DNA from: Patescibacteria group bacterium
GTDB taxonomy: Bacteria; Patescibacteriota; Patescibacteriia; 2-12-FULL-57-11
Assembly (NCBI GenBank): GCA_004297205.1
Contig: SCUL01000001.1
Coordinates: 157,862-221,861 of the forward strand
DNA length: 64,000 nucleotides
Direction: 5' to 3'
The translations under genes were made by a program, and so were the position numbers. The notes under the pieces are model-generated. The model did not search any database and was not told where the DNA came from. It saw nothing but the letters and a program-made list of their open reading frames with translations. Shown here one piece after another: positions 1-7,705 of the stretch; positions within the stretch are counted from its first letter, which is position 1; each line of letters opens with the position of its first letter.

Positions 1-467
1 GGGGTGATCGCGGACCGGATGCCGGTCGGCACGGAGGACGTGAGGCGTCGGATGCATTCCTCAGCATCGGTCGGAAGGACGACGGCCACCGTCCGCCAAC
101 CAGGCAGTTCCCGGATGAAACTCCGTGAAAGCGCTTGGAGATGCGTTCCGTCGACGATGACGACTGGCTTCTCCGTTGCGAGAATCATATCTCGGACGCG
201 TTCAACGTAGATGCGCGTCAGCACGTCGTTGCGCGCGTTCTCCTCCCGAATGCTCGCCAGCCTCGAAATCGGCTGGCCAACGCTCTGCGCCTCCTCGGCG
301 ACCCGCGCCCGCGTCTGCGGATCATGGCGCAGGTCCTCCAAAAAACGATCGCGCTCGATCAGATACGCGTCGTTCTCGCGGACCAACTGCGCTGCGAGCG
401 TCGTTTTGCCGGAGAACGGCAAGCCCACGAGAACGTATATCGTCCTAGTAACAGGCGCCGTATTCAT
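1..467 (-). CDS. P-loop NTPase / AAA_33-like kinase, N-terminal ~155 aa; gene runs off the window start
   Basis: Reverse-strand translation from ATG ~467 gives MNTAPVTRTIYVLVGLPFSGKTTLAAQL... with Walker A GLPFSGKTT and a later VVIVDG (Walker B-like). Not in ORF track because it runs off the edge. Confidence 0.5.
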   Translation of the reverse strand, partial: MNTAPVTRTIYVLVGLPFSGKTTLAAQLVRENDAYLIERDRFLEDLRHDPQTRARVAEEAQSVGQPISRLASIREENARNDVLTRIYVERVRDMILATEKPVVIVDGTHLQALSRSFIRELPGWRTVAVVLPTDAEECIRRLTSSVPTGIRSAIT

Positions 468-1488
468 CCGCGTAGACGACCACCCCGTCCTTCGACACCT
501 GATCAACCATGCGCTGCCAGTCCGCAATCATCTCGTCGCGGTCGTCCGTGAGGAGAGCCGGATGCGTCTGTCCACGCTTTGCCCGGATGCTCACACGACG
601 TACCGGCCATAAATCGGAACCCCACGGGCTCAGAATGACGATGTCAGCCGCCGCATATGTTTCCGGAATGTTGTAGAAATCGTTCGGATCAGTCGTCGGA
701 GGGAAAATTGTCTTGGCACGGTAAGCGGTCGGACCGGGCTGTTGCGTCTCGCCGCGGGAAAGATAGGCGCAGCCCGCTTCTCGCGCATACGCGATCTTTT
801 CGATCTGTTCGCAAGGGGCCCCCAACATCGAGGCAATCTTGCGATGCGTCTCGTCGTACGCGCCTGCCGGACAGAGCGCGGGATCCATCGTCCCGAGCAT
901 AGGCCCTTCCCACTCGCTGATCTCCAACGATCCCTTCGACCACTGGTACCCGCGAGGCGACCCGTACCAGGTCATCACGTAGTAGGCCTTCCCTACAGAC
1001 CCATAACTCCAATCGAGGCGCACGTCCTTGACGGGATACGCGTCCCAGAGCGCGCGGGAGAAAAAAAGCTCCTGGTAAATGGAACTCGGGGGCAAGAAAC
1101 CGACCTTCGCGCCGATGACGCGGCTGTGATCCTTCACATACTGATCCGATGTCGCGGCGACAAGCTGCCCTTTTTGAAAGTCGTCGTTCGGATTGCGACT
1201 TTCCCCGTCCGTTGCTGCTTTTTGGGAAACTTTTTCTTCTACCACGCGAATCCGTGCAGACAACCCACCGACCTCGCCTCCTGTCTGTCGAATACGGTCG
1301 GAAAGGTTGTTGAACTGCGATTGACTTATTCCCATGACGGATACGGTCTTCCTCCAGAAAATGCCGGCGCCCGCGACAGAGACCAGGAGGAGAAGTGCGA
1401 CCGTGGCCACACCGAATACAGGCAGCATCCTGCGCAACCTGTGAAGTCCTTCACGTTCTCGCTGCAGGAACTTCTCCCACATTCTCAT
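445..1488 (-). CDS. hypothetical type-II membrane-anchored exported protein
   Basis: Track ORF 445..1503 (GTG). Likely ATG start at MRMWEKF. One N-terminal TM helix (LPVFGVATVALLLLVSVAGAGIFW) then ~300 aa extracytoplasmic region. No recognisable family. Overlaps upstream kinase gene by ~20 nt. Confidence 0.45.
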   Translation of the reverse strand: MRMWEKFLQREREGLHRLRRMLPVFGVATVALLLLVSVAGAGIFWRKTVSVMGISQSQFNNLSDRIRQTGGEVGGLSARIRVVEEKVSQKAATDGESRNPNDDFQKGQLVAATSDQYVKDHSRVIGAKVGFLPPSSIYQELFFSRALWDAYPVKDVRLDWSYGSVGKAYYVMTWYGSPRGYQWSKGSLEISEWEGPMLGTMDPALCPAGAYDETHRKIASMLGAPCEQIEKIAYAREAGCAYLSRGETQQPGPTAYRAKTIFPPTTDPNDFYNIPETYAAADIVILSPWGSDLWPVRRVSIRAKRGQTHPALLTDDRDEMIADWQRMVDQVSKDGVVVYADEYGACY

Positions 1489-1523
1489 AGAGAGATGATA
1501 CACCCGTTGTACGAAAAAACATC

Positions 1524-1543
1524 TGGAGCCTGAGGTCGGATTC
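1524..1543 (-). repeat. 20-bp duplicate of the tRNA-Thr(UGU) 3' end (GAATCCGACCTCAGGCTCCA), possible att-scar
   Basis: Exact copy of the 3'-terminal 20 nt of the tRNA at 1648..1667, lying ~105 bp downstream of the tRNA. The interval holds two hairpins (ggaacctcacggttcc; ttgaaaccgaaaggtttcaa). Confidence 0.5.
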
Positions 1544-1647
1544 TCACGCGTTCGCTCCGCTCGCTTTTGAAACCTTTCGGTTTCAAGGCTTCCTCCACGG
1601 GAACCTCACGGTTCCCGACCCCTCCCTGTTCGAATCCCTGCGCGTTG

Positions 1648-1722
1648 TGGAGCCTGAGGTCGGATTCGAACCGACGACCGCCTGTTTACAAAACAGGTGC
1701 TCTACCACTGAGCTACTCAGGC
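1648..1722 (-). tRNA. tRNA-Thr (anticodon UGU)
   Basis: Reverse complement GCCTGAGTAGCTCAGTGGTAGAGCACCTGTTTTGTAAACAGGCGGTCGTCGGTTCGAATCCGACCTCAGGCTCCA. 7-bp acceptor, GTCGG/CCGAC T-arm, anticodon loop TTTGTAA. Confidence 0.85.
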
Positions 1723-1729
1723 AAATGGC

Positions 1730-2422
1730 CTACGGACGGCTGCGCGGGCGGGAAAGGGTCCGCAGCTGCAGCAGCGTCAGGAACAACACACCCAGACCCC
1801 CCGTTACCAGCGCGGCTTCGACAAGATAGCCGGACAAGACGGCCGCGTCAAAGGCGGCATGGAGGGTCACCGCCACCGACAACCCGCCGAGGATCAGGAG
1901 CCAGCCGGAGGCCGTCCGGAACCGCGCCGCGCCCATGGTCAAGCCCGTGATGCCGGCGGTCAGCGTGTGGACGAAGGTGGTGAGCAGGAAACGGATGGTC
2001 GAGACGCGCGCCAGGGTGCCGCCAACGGCTTCGCCGGCATGCTGCGGCACCCAATAGGCGAAGAAGAAAAAGTTCTCGACGAAGGCGAAGCCGAGCGCCA
2101 CGGCCACCATGTACATCACCCCGTCGATGACCTGCGTGAAGGAGCGCGTGCGCCAGGCCACGAGAAGCGCCGCGACGAGCATCGTCCCCTTCTCGATCAG
2201 CGCGATGAGTCCGATCTCGACCGGCCCGATTCTGCCGGCGGCGCGGATCGGCTCCTGCAGGAGCACGGAAACGCAGGCGGTCACCATGCCGGCCAGGAAC
2301 AGGCGGAACAGCAGGATGCGCGGCTCCGGCTCGCGGCGGTCTTCCCACAAGTACAACGCCAGCCAAAACACGCTCGGCAAAAGCGCGAGCAGCAGGGAGA
2401 GCGCGATGTACGGGACGGACAT
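1730..2422 (-). CDS. prsW: PrsW-family intramembrane metalloprotease (M82-like)
   Basis: Internal ATG start (MSVPYIALSLL) inside track ORF 1730..3196. Multi-TM protein with YLWEDRREPEP (the xEPEP motif), FAFVENFFF (FxxxEN) and HAAFDAAV (HxxxD), the hallmark motifs of PrsW/YpdC proteases. Confidence 0.6.
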   Translation of the reverse strand: MSVPYIALSLLLALLPSVFWLALYLWEDRREPEPRILLFRLFLAGMVTACVSVLLQEPIRAAGRIGPVEIGLIALIEKGTMLVAALLVAWRTRSFTQVIDGVMYMVAVALGFAFVENFFFFAYWVPQHAGEAVGGTLARVSTIRFLLTTFVHTLTAGITGLTMGAARFRTASGWLLILGGLSVAVTLHAAFDAAVLSGYLVEAALVTGGLGVLFLTLLQLRTLSRPRSRP

Positions 2423-2495
2423 GGACGCAGTATACCAAGAAACCGGACTTGCCCGCTCCCCGGCCGCATGGAAAGATGCCGCGCGGAGGAACGAC

Positions 2496-3230
2496 ATGAC
2501 GAGCACGGATGTCCGTCTGGGAGGGCTCTTCTCCGGCGGCGCCTCGACGCTGCAGGCGATCTTCAAGGAATGCAATGCGACTGGCCGCCTCTGGCAGATG
2601 AGGCCGGGCTGCGCCATCGCGAGTACGTCCGAAGCCGGCGGCATCCCGGCGATCCGGCGTCTGGTGGGCGACGAGAACGTCGCGGTCATCGAGCGGCGGA
2701 ACTTCGCGTCGCGCGAGGCGTTCGGGGAGGCCATCATCGCCTTCTGCCGGGCGCGGGGCGTCGACTGGCTCGGCCAGTACGGTTGGCTGCCGTGGACGCC
2801 CAAGAACGTCATCGAGGCGTTCGCGGGACGGATGATCAACCAGCATCCCGGACCGGTTCGTCCGGGACGGCCGGGCTTCGGTGGACGGTACATGCACGGC
2901 ATCCACGTGCACGCGGCACGGCTGCTGTTCGTCCGGAAGACGAACCGCGACTGGTGGACCGAGGCCACCGCGCAGCGCGTCCACCCCGAGTACGACGAGG
3001 GCGAGGTCCTCCGGGTCGGCCGGGTGACGATCCAACCGGACGACACGCCGGAGACGCTGCAGCGGCGCGTGCTCCCGGTGGAGCACGAGACCCAGATCCG
3101 GACGCTCCAGGACGTCATGCTCGACCGCGTCAGGCCGGCGCGCGACCTGCCGGAGCTGATCCGCCCCGGCGAGGAGGCGCTCCTCGATGCGTGCAAGCGG
3201 GAGGCGATCGCCGCCTACGCCAAGAGGTGA
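2496..3230 (+). CDS. purN: phosphoribosylglycinamide formyltransferase-like (formyl transferase fold)
   Basis: Internal ATG (MTSTDVRLGGLFSGGASTLQAIF...) of track ORF 2109..3230. N-terminal G-rich loop like PurN ISGxGSNLQAI. NQHPGP...HGIHVH...D catalytic-region spacing of formyltransferases. Divergently oriented from prsW. Confidence 0.6.
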   Translation: MTSTDVRLGGLFSGGASTLQAIFKECNATGRLWQMRPGCAIASTSEAGGIPAIRRLVGDENVAVIERRNFASREAFGEAIIAFCRARGVDWLGQYGWLPWTPKNVIEAFAGRMINQHPGPVRPGRPGFGGRYMHGIHVHAARLLFVRKTNRDWWTEATAQRVHPEYDEGEVLRVGRVTIQPDDTPETLQRRVLPVEHETQIRTLQDVMLDRVRPARDLPELIRPGEEALLDACKREAIAAYAKR

Positions 3231-3252
3231 ACGCGCGTTCCCCTCTTCTTTT

Positions 3253-3291
3253 TTATGCAAACAAAAACCGCCGCCTTTCGGCGACGGTTTT
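3253..3291. terminator. bidirectional hairpin terminator (aaaaccgccgcctttcggcgacggttttt)
   Basis: GC stem with A-run and T-run on either side, just after purN stop and just 3' of the tRNA-Tyr fragment. Confidence 0.55.
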
Positions 3292-3333
3292 TGGTGGGCA
3301 GAGAAGGATTCGAACCTTCGAAGGCGCAGGGTC
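3292..3333 (-). repeat. partial copy of tRNA-Tyr 3' end (T-arm plus acceptor plus CCA), attL/attR-like direct repeat
   Basis: tggtgggcagagaaggattcgaaccttcgaaggc is identical over 34 nt (about 40 of 42) to 4608..4649 in the full tRNA-Tyr. The 5' half of the tRNA is absent here. Confidence 0.7.
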
Positions 3334-3348
3334 ACGTGAGATCAACAA

Positions 3349-3906
3349 TCATGATACCGCTCTGCGCTGTTCCTTCAGCGGATCGAAAGTAAGAATTTCA
3401 ATCCCACCCGAAACCGCGTCATCTACATTCAATCGTCCGCGCAGGTGTGCTTCCTCGTGTTGATACAGCCGTGCCTCTCTTCCATCAAACTTCTCTGATC
3501 TTTTCACGCCCTGTTCATCCATCCATTCCATGACAATCCAATCCGGTCTTTCTACATCCGCGGCAACCACGCCAGCGCTCAAACACAACTCCCTGTAGAG
3601 ATTCGATGTTTCTGACTTTTCTACAATTTTAGGATTGATGAACAACTCAAATCGATCATCAACAAACGTAACGAACACTGATGTGCTCTCACCGATTTGT
3701 GGGGCCGCTAAACCGCGCCCCCAGCCAGTAACAGCTCGGTATTTTATGAGCACCGACTCCATTCTTTTGCCAATTTCTCTCCCCTCTTCCAGTGTCGACG
3801 GAGGGGTTGCCTGCCGTAATACAGGATCGCCCGCGTATCGAATTTCTGGCACCTTATCCAGAACGGTTCCAAAGATTTGAATTCTTTGTTTCAGATATTC
3901 ATGCAT
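3349..3906 (-). CDS. def: peptide deformylase-like protein (divergent PDF, islet-encoded)
   Basis: 185 aa. PDF motif 1 GLAAPQIG present. Motif 2 appears as ELCLS (canonical EGCLS). Motif 3 HEEAH (HExxH). Lies in an AT-richer segment between the tRNA-Tyr repeats. Confidence 0.65.
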   Translation of the reverse strand: MHEYLKQRIQIFGTVLDKVPEIRYAGDPVLRQATPPSTLEEGREIGKRMESVLIKYRAVTGWGRGLAAPQIGESTSVFVTFVDDRFELFINPKIVEKSETSNLYRELCLSAGVVAADVERPDWIVMEWMDEQGVKRSEKFDGREARLYQHEEAHLRGRLNVDDAVSGGIEILTFDPLKEQRRAVS

Positions 3907-4062
3907 AACTCACTTAAATAGTTAATCACTTCCGTGTGTGTATTCTCACCGAGGTCCTGGCTGGTCAATATAGTCGCAGCATACGAGTATTCGCGTTTCA
4001 AAACAATCTTGAACCACAACTCCATTGTTGGAGCCCGTTCAACTCGCCCGCATTCCAAAAAA

Positions 4063-4100
4063 AAGACGGGCACCAGTGTTCACTGATGCCCGCCGGACCT
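4063..4100 (-). terminator. rho-independent terminator of the small basic-protein gene
   Basis: Minus-strand reading GGGCAUCAGUG-AACA-CUGGUGCCC followed by a U8 run (gtcttttttttgg). Confidence 0.6.
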
Positions 4101-4372
4101 CACGAGCGACGAGTGCGACGCTTCCGAGGACGGTTGTCCTCTTCAGCCTGGTCGAACTCAACGTGGTCGTAGGCCCGCTTGGCGTCGAGAGGCGCAAGCT
4201 GCCGATTCGCAAGCGTAATGAGCTCACGTCGAGCATCTGGCACTCCCCAGAACGACTGCCGACCTGCCAGCCTGATGGAGAGCAGCTCCAGATCGAGGTC
4301 GCTCATCTCGACGGACTTCGGCTTCCTGGACGCCTTCGCCTGCTTCGATCCGCTCTTCTTCTGTCGTGCCAT
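4100..4372 (-). CDS. small basic hypothetical protein (90 aa, Lys/Arg-rich termini)
   Basis: ATG at 4370-4372 preceded by GGAGGT SD at -5. MARQKKSGSKQAKASRKPK...RPRKRRTRRS. Own promoter and terminator. AT-richer context. Confidence 0.55.
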   Translation of the reverse strand: MARQKKSGSKQAKASRKPKSVEMSDLDLELLSIRLAGRQSFWGVPDARRELITLANRQLAPLDAKRAYDHVEFDQAEEDNRPRKRRTRRS

Positions 4373-4523
4373 GGTGACCTCCGTGGTTGGGAGAAATGCC
4401 CTACCGACCACCGTGGACCCCGACGGATTCCGAGCTCTTCGGTTCCCTTCTAACGAACCGCCATCCGAAGCGAATCTGACTATTCGCGTCGCGTGGCGAA
4501 TCGTGGAGAAATATCAACCATTG

Positions 4524-4553
4524 CCTTATATCAAAAAGTGACGGTTTTGTCAA
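4524..4553 (-). promoter_or_regulatory. sigma70-type promoter TTGACAAAACCG-N-TTTTTGATATAAG (extended -10) for the small basic-protein gene
   Basis: Minus-strand reading ttgacaaaaccgtcactttttgatataagg. -35 TTGACA, 17-nt spacer, TG extension, -10 TATAAG. 22/30 identical to the promoter at 11846. Confidence 0.5.
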
Positions 4554-4577
4554 CCCTCCTGTTTCGAATCCTGAAAC

Positions 4578-4606
4578 GAGAAAACGTCCCCTTTCGGGAA
4601 CGTTTT
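4578..4606. terminator. bidirectional hairpin terminator downstream of tRNA-Tyr (gaaaacgtcccctttcgggaacgttttc)
   Basis: Near-perfect palindrome with flanking A and T runs, immediately 3' of tRNA-Tyr on the minus strand. Confidence 0.55.
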
Positions 4607-4607
4607 C

Positions 4608-4694
4608 TGGTGGGCAGAGAAGGATTCGAACCTTCGAAGGCACAGGGCCAGCAGATTTACAGTCTGCCCCGTTTGACCGCTTCGGTATCTGCCC
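4608..4694 (-). tRNA. tRNA-Tyr (anticodon GUA), long variable arm
   Basis: Reverse complement GGGCAGATACCGAAGCGGTCAAACGGGGCAGACTGTAAATCTGCTGGCCCTGTGCCTTCGAAGGTTCGAATCCTTCTCTGCCCACCA. Collinear with E. coli tRNA-Tyr, with anticodon loop CTGTAAA. Confidence 0.9.
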
Positions 4695-4695
4695 G

Positions 4696-4771
4696 TGGAG
4701 CCGACATCGGGGATCGAACCCGAGACCTCGTCCTTACCATGGACGCGCTCTACCATCTGAGCTATGTCGGC
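4696..4771 (-). tRNA. tRNA-Thr (anticodon GGU)
   Basis: Reverse complement GCCGACATAGCTCAGATGGTAGAGCGCGTCCATGGTAAGGACGAGGTCTCGGGTTCGATCCCCGATGTCGGCTCCA. 1-nt spacer to tRNA-Tyr. Confidence 0.9.
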
Positions 4772-4800
4772 CTAACGCAGACTACGTCGTCGTCTCTTCT

Positions 4801-5607
4801 TTACTTCGTTTCCACCGCGGTCATCTCTCGGATGCGCGTTTCGAACTCGCCCAGTTTTTTGTTTTCGACGTTCGCTTCTTTGAGCCGCGCGAAGGTCTCG
4901 CGCGCCACGTCGCGGTTGCCGGCGGTGATGGCCGCCTCGAGCAGCATGTCCAGGTACTTGGGGTTCGCCGGTCTGAGCGTGACGGCCGCCTGATAGTGGA
5001 CGAGCGCCGCAGCGTGTTCACCGCGCGCCGTTTCGAGCTCGCCCAGGTTGGCGAGCACGGAGGCGTCCTTCGGATCGAGCTTCAGCAGGAAACGGAACGT
5101 CTCCTCGGCTTCCTTCCACTGCTTCTCGCGCAGGTACAGGCGGCCGAGCTCTTCGTACGCTTTGACGAACTTGGGATTGATGGAAACGACCTGGATGTAT
5201 TTTGCCTCGGCCTCGCTGGAACGGCCGGCGCGCGCCATCTCGCGGGCCTGGTCCATGAGCTCGCGGATCTGGCGGTCGCCGACTTTTTCGCCGGAGCCCG
5301 CGGTCATGCCGATGCGGCGGTAGCGCTGCTCCAGGTCCGCCGCGCGGGCGGCGAGATCCCTGACCGCGCCGCGCATGGCGACGGCGGTCGGAGTCACTGC
5401 GGACTTGGCGCGGACGAGCCAGTTCTTGGAGAGCCGCTCGGCGCGTCCGGCGATGATCCCCTTCTTGACGCTGGCGTCGCGTTCGCGGGCGATCGTGGCC
5501 ACGTCAATCAGCACGAGTTCCGGGAATTTCCGGACCACGAGGACGGCCAGCGCGATGAGCGCGAGCCCGATGACGGCGCCGGGAATCGCAAACCACAGCA
5601 TAGGCAC
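4801..5607 (-). CDS. TPR-repeat protein with N-terminal membrane anchor
   Basis: Track ORF (GTG at 5607, ATG two codons in). N-terminal TM (AIPGAVIGLALIALAVLVV). C-terminal tetratricopeptide-like repeats (AYEELGRLYLREKQWKEAEETFRFLLKLDP...). Confidence 0.55.
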   Translation of the reverse strand: MPMLWFAIPGAVIGLALIALAVLVVRKFPELVLIDVATIARERDASVKKGIIAGRAERLSKNWLVRAKSAVTPTAVAMRGAVRDLAARAADLEQRYRRIGMTAGSGEKVGDRQIRELMDQAREMARAGRSSEAEAKYIQVVSINPKFVKAYEELGRLYLREKQWKEAEETFRFLLKLDPKDASVLANLGELETARGEHAAALVHYQAAVTLRPANPKYLDMLLEAAITAGNRDVARETFARLKEANVENKKLGEFETRIREMTAVETK

Positions 5608-5637
5608 CCGGGACTATAGCACCGGTTCCGGGGCCGA

Positions 5638-6423
5638 TCAACCCCGGCCGGCGCCCTTGGCGTCGGCGGCCCGGGCGGCCTCGACGATGGCCGTGAATTC
5701 CGGCGCGGAGAGCGAGGCGCCGCCCACCAGCACGCCGTCGATGACGGGGCGAGCCAGGAATGCGCCGACGTTGTTCTTATCCACGCTGCCGCCGTAAATC
5801 ACCCGGCAGCGGCGGTCGGCCGTCTCCGGCGAGAAGCTGTCGCGCAGCGTTTCGCGGATGATGTAGTGGGAACGGGCGGCGTCTTCCGGATCCACGGCCG
5901 TGCCGCTGCCGATCACCCAAACCGGCTCGTAGGCCACGACCAATTCACCGCGGGCCGGCAGGTCCAGACCTTCAAGCGCCGCGCGCACCTGGCGCTCCAC
6001 CACGACGTCGCGCAACCCCTTGTCCCGTTCGTCGCGCGTTTCGCCGACGCACAACACCGGGATCATCTTGTTCTTGAAGGCGCGCTGGACCTTGGCTCGG
6101 ATCAACGCGTCGTCTTCATGCACGTGGCTGCGCCGTTCCGAGTGGCCGATGATGACGAGCTTCACGCCGAGATCAGCGAGCTCACGACCGGAGACTTCGC
6201 CGGTGTAGGCGCCCTTCTCCTCATGACAAAGGTCCTGCGCGCCGAGCACGACCGGCGAACCGCCAAGCGCGTCCTTCACGGGGGAGAGCGCGGCATAGCT
6301 CGGACAGACGGCGACGCGCACGTCGGGCAGGCGCTTGGGGAGCGCCGCGGCGACGTCCTTGGCCAGCTGCGTCGCTTCGGCGATCGTCAGCTGCATCTTC
6401 CAGTTGCCGATGATGGTGCGCAT
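5638..6423 (-). CDS. tpiA: triosephosphate isomerase
   Basis: GNWKM, IGHSERR, CVGE, AYEPVWVIGSG and YGGSV motifs. 261 aa. Confidence 0.9.
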   Translation of the reverse strand: MRTIIGNWKMQLTIAEATQLAKDVAAALPKRLPDVRVAVCPSYAALSPVKDALGGSPVVLGAQDLCHEEKGAYTGEVSGRELADLGVKLVIIGHSERRSHVHEDDALIRAKVQRAFKNKMIPVLCVGETRDERDKGLRDVVVERQVRAALEGLDLPARGELVVAYEPVWVIGSGTAVDPEDAARSHYIIRETLRDSFSPETADRRCRVIYGGSVDKNNVGAFLARPVIDGVLVGGASLSAPEFTAIVEAARAADAKGAGRG

Positions 6424-6427
6424 AGCC

Positions 6428-7705
6428 TCAAACGTGCAAAAGTTTCTGGAAACGCACGCCGTCCTCGAACGGACCGATCACCGCGAGCCGCAGACGCTCG
6501 ACGCGGAAGATGTCGCGCGCCGCGGCCTGCACGTCCTTGGCGGTGACGGCCATGATCTTGGCGATCTTGTCCTCGGGCGATTCCATCTTCTTCTGGAACA
6601 GTTCCTGGCGGCCGTAAAAATCGGCGACCTCGTTGGACTCCTCGAGTCCGAGCGTGATTTTTCCTTTGATGTATTCCTTGGCGCGGCGCAGCTCCTCGGC
6701 GCCGATGGCCACGTCCTTGGTCTTCTTAAGCTCGGACAGGATCAGCTTGATCGCCTCGTCCACCTTCTCCTTGCGCAAACCGCCGTGCACCGCGAATGCC
6801 CCGGTGTCCTGATACGGGCTGACTCCGGCACGGACCATGTAGGCCAAGCCGCGGCGCTCGCGCACCTGCGTGAACAGGCGCGAGGACATGTTGCCGCCGA
6901 GGATGGTGGCCAGCACGCTCTGCGCCGGCAGGCGCTTGTCGCCGTAGCCGTAGCCCGGGAAACCCAGCATGCACTGCACCTGTTCCGTCTCTTTATAGTA
7001 GGAAACCGCCTTCGGTCCTTTGAGCATGGACGCGGCGCGGAACGGCACGAACGGTTTCGGTTTCGCGCCGGCCTGTTCCTTGGTGGCATCGAAGTAGCGG
7101 TCGACGAGGTCGCGGGTGTTCTCCGGGAGTTTGCCGGCCAGCGCGATCACGAGCCCGCTCGGGCGGTAGTGCTTCTTGCGGTAGGCGGCGACGTCGGCGA
7201 GCTTCATCTTCTCGATGTCCTCGCGCGCGCCGGAGATGCGCCAACCGAGCGTGTTGCCGCGGAACAGCTCCTGCTCGAACAGCTCGTCCACGAACATCAT
7301 CGGGTTGTCCTCGTACATGTGGATTTCCTCGATGATCACCGTGCGCTCGCGCTCGAACTCCTTGGGATCGAAGATCGAGTGGTAGAGCATGTCGGACAAC
7401 ATGTCCAACAGCAGCTCGGCATGCTCGGCGCCCGCCTTGATGTAGTAACCGGTGTGGTCCTTGCCGGTGAAAGCGTTGTACTCGGCGCCGATGGCGTCGA
7501 GGGCGCGGCTGATGATCTGGGTGTTCGGCCGGCGCTTCGTCCCCTTGAACATCATGTGCTCCAGGAAGTGGGAACCGCCGTTCATGACGCGCGACTCGTG
7601 CCGCGAGCCGACCGGAAGCAGGACCTGCACGGTGAAGGCCTTGGTTTCCTGCATCGGCACGAGCACCACACGCGAGCCGTTCTTCAGGGTATATGCGGTG
7701 GTCAT
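6428..7705 (-). CDS. M16-family zinc peptidase (pitrilysin/insulinase-like)
   Basis: HFLEHMMFKGT inverted zinc-binding HxxEH motif. 425 aa. Start overlaps the glycyl-tRNA synthetase stop (ATGA). Confidence 0.8.
   Translation of the reverse strand: MTTAYTLKNGSRVVLVPMQETKAFTVQVLLPVGSRHESRVMNGGSHFLEHMMFKGTKRRPNTQIISRALDAIGAEYNAFTGKDHTGYYIKAGAEHAELLLDMLSDMLYHSIFDPKEFERERTVIIEEIHMYEDNPMMFVDELFEQELFRGNTLGWRISGAREDIEKMKLADVAAYRKKHYRPSGLVIALAGKLPENTRDLVDRYFDATKEQAGAKPKPFVPFRAASMLKGPKAVSYYKETEQVQCMLGFPGYGYGDKRLPAQSVLATILGGNMSSRLFTQVRERRGLAYMVRAGVSPYQDTGAFAVHGGLRKEKVDEAIKLILSELKKTKDVAIGAEELRRAKEYIKGKITLGLEESNEVADFYGRQELFQKKMESPEDKIAKIMAVTAKDVQAAARDIFRVERLRLAVIGPFEDGVRFQKLLHV

Noticed and set aside
1848-3463. 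Long overlapping ORFs 1848..3335(-) and 1859..3463(+) across the prsW/purN region
   Set aside because: Arg/Gly/Ala/Pro-rich low-complexity translations antisense or out-of-frame to genes with clear family motifs. Typical high-GC open-frame artefacts.
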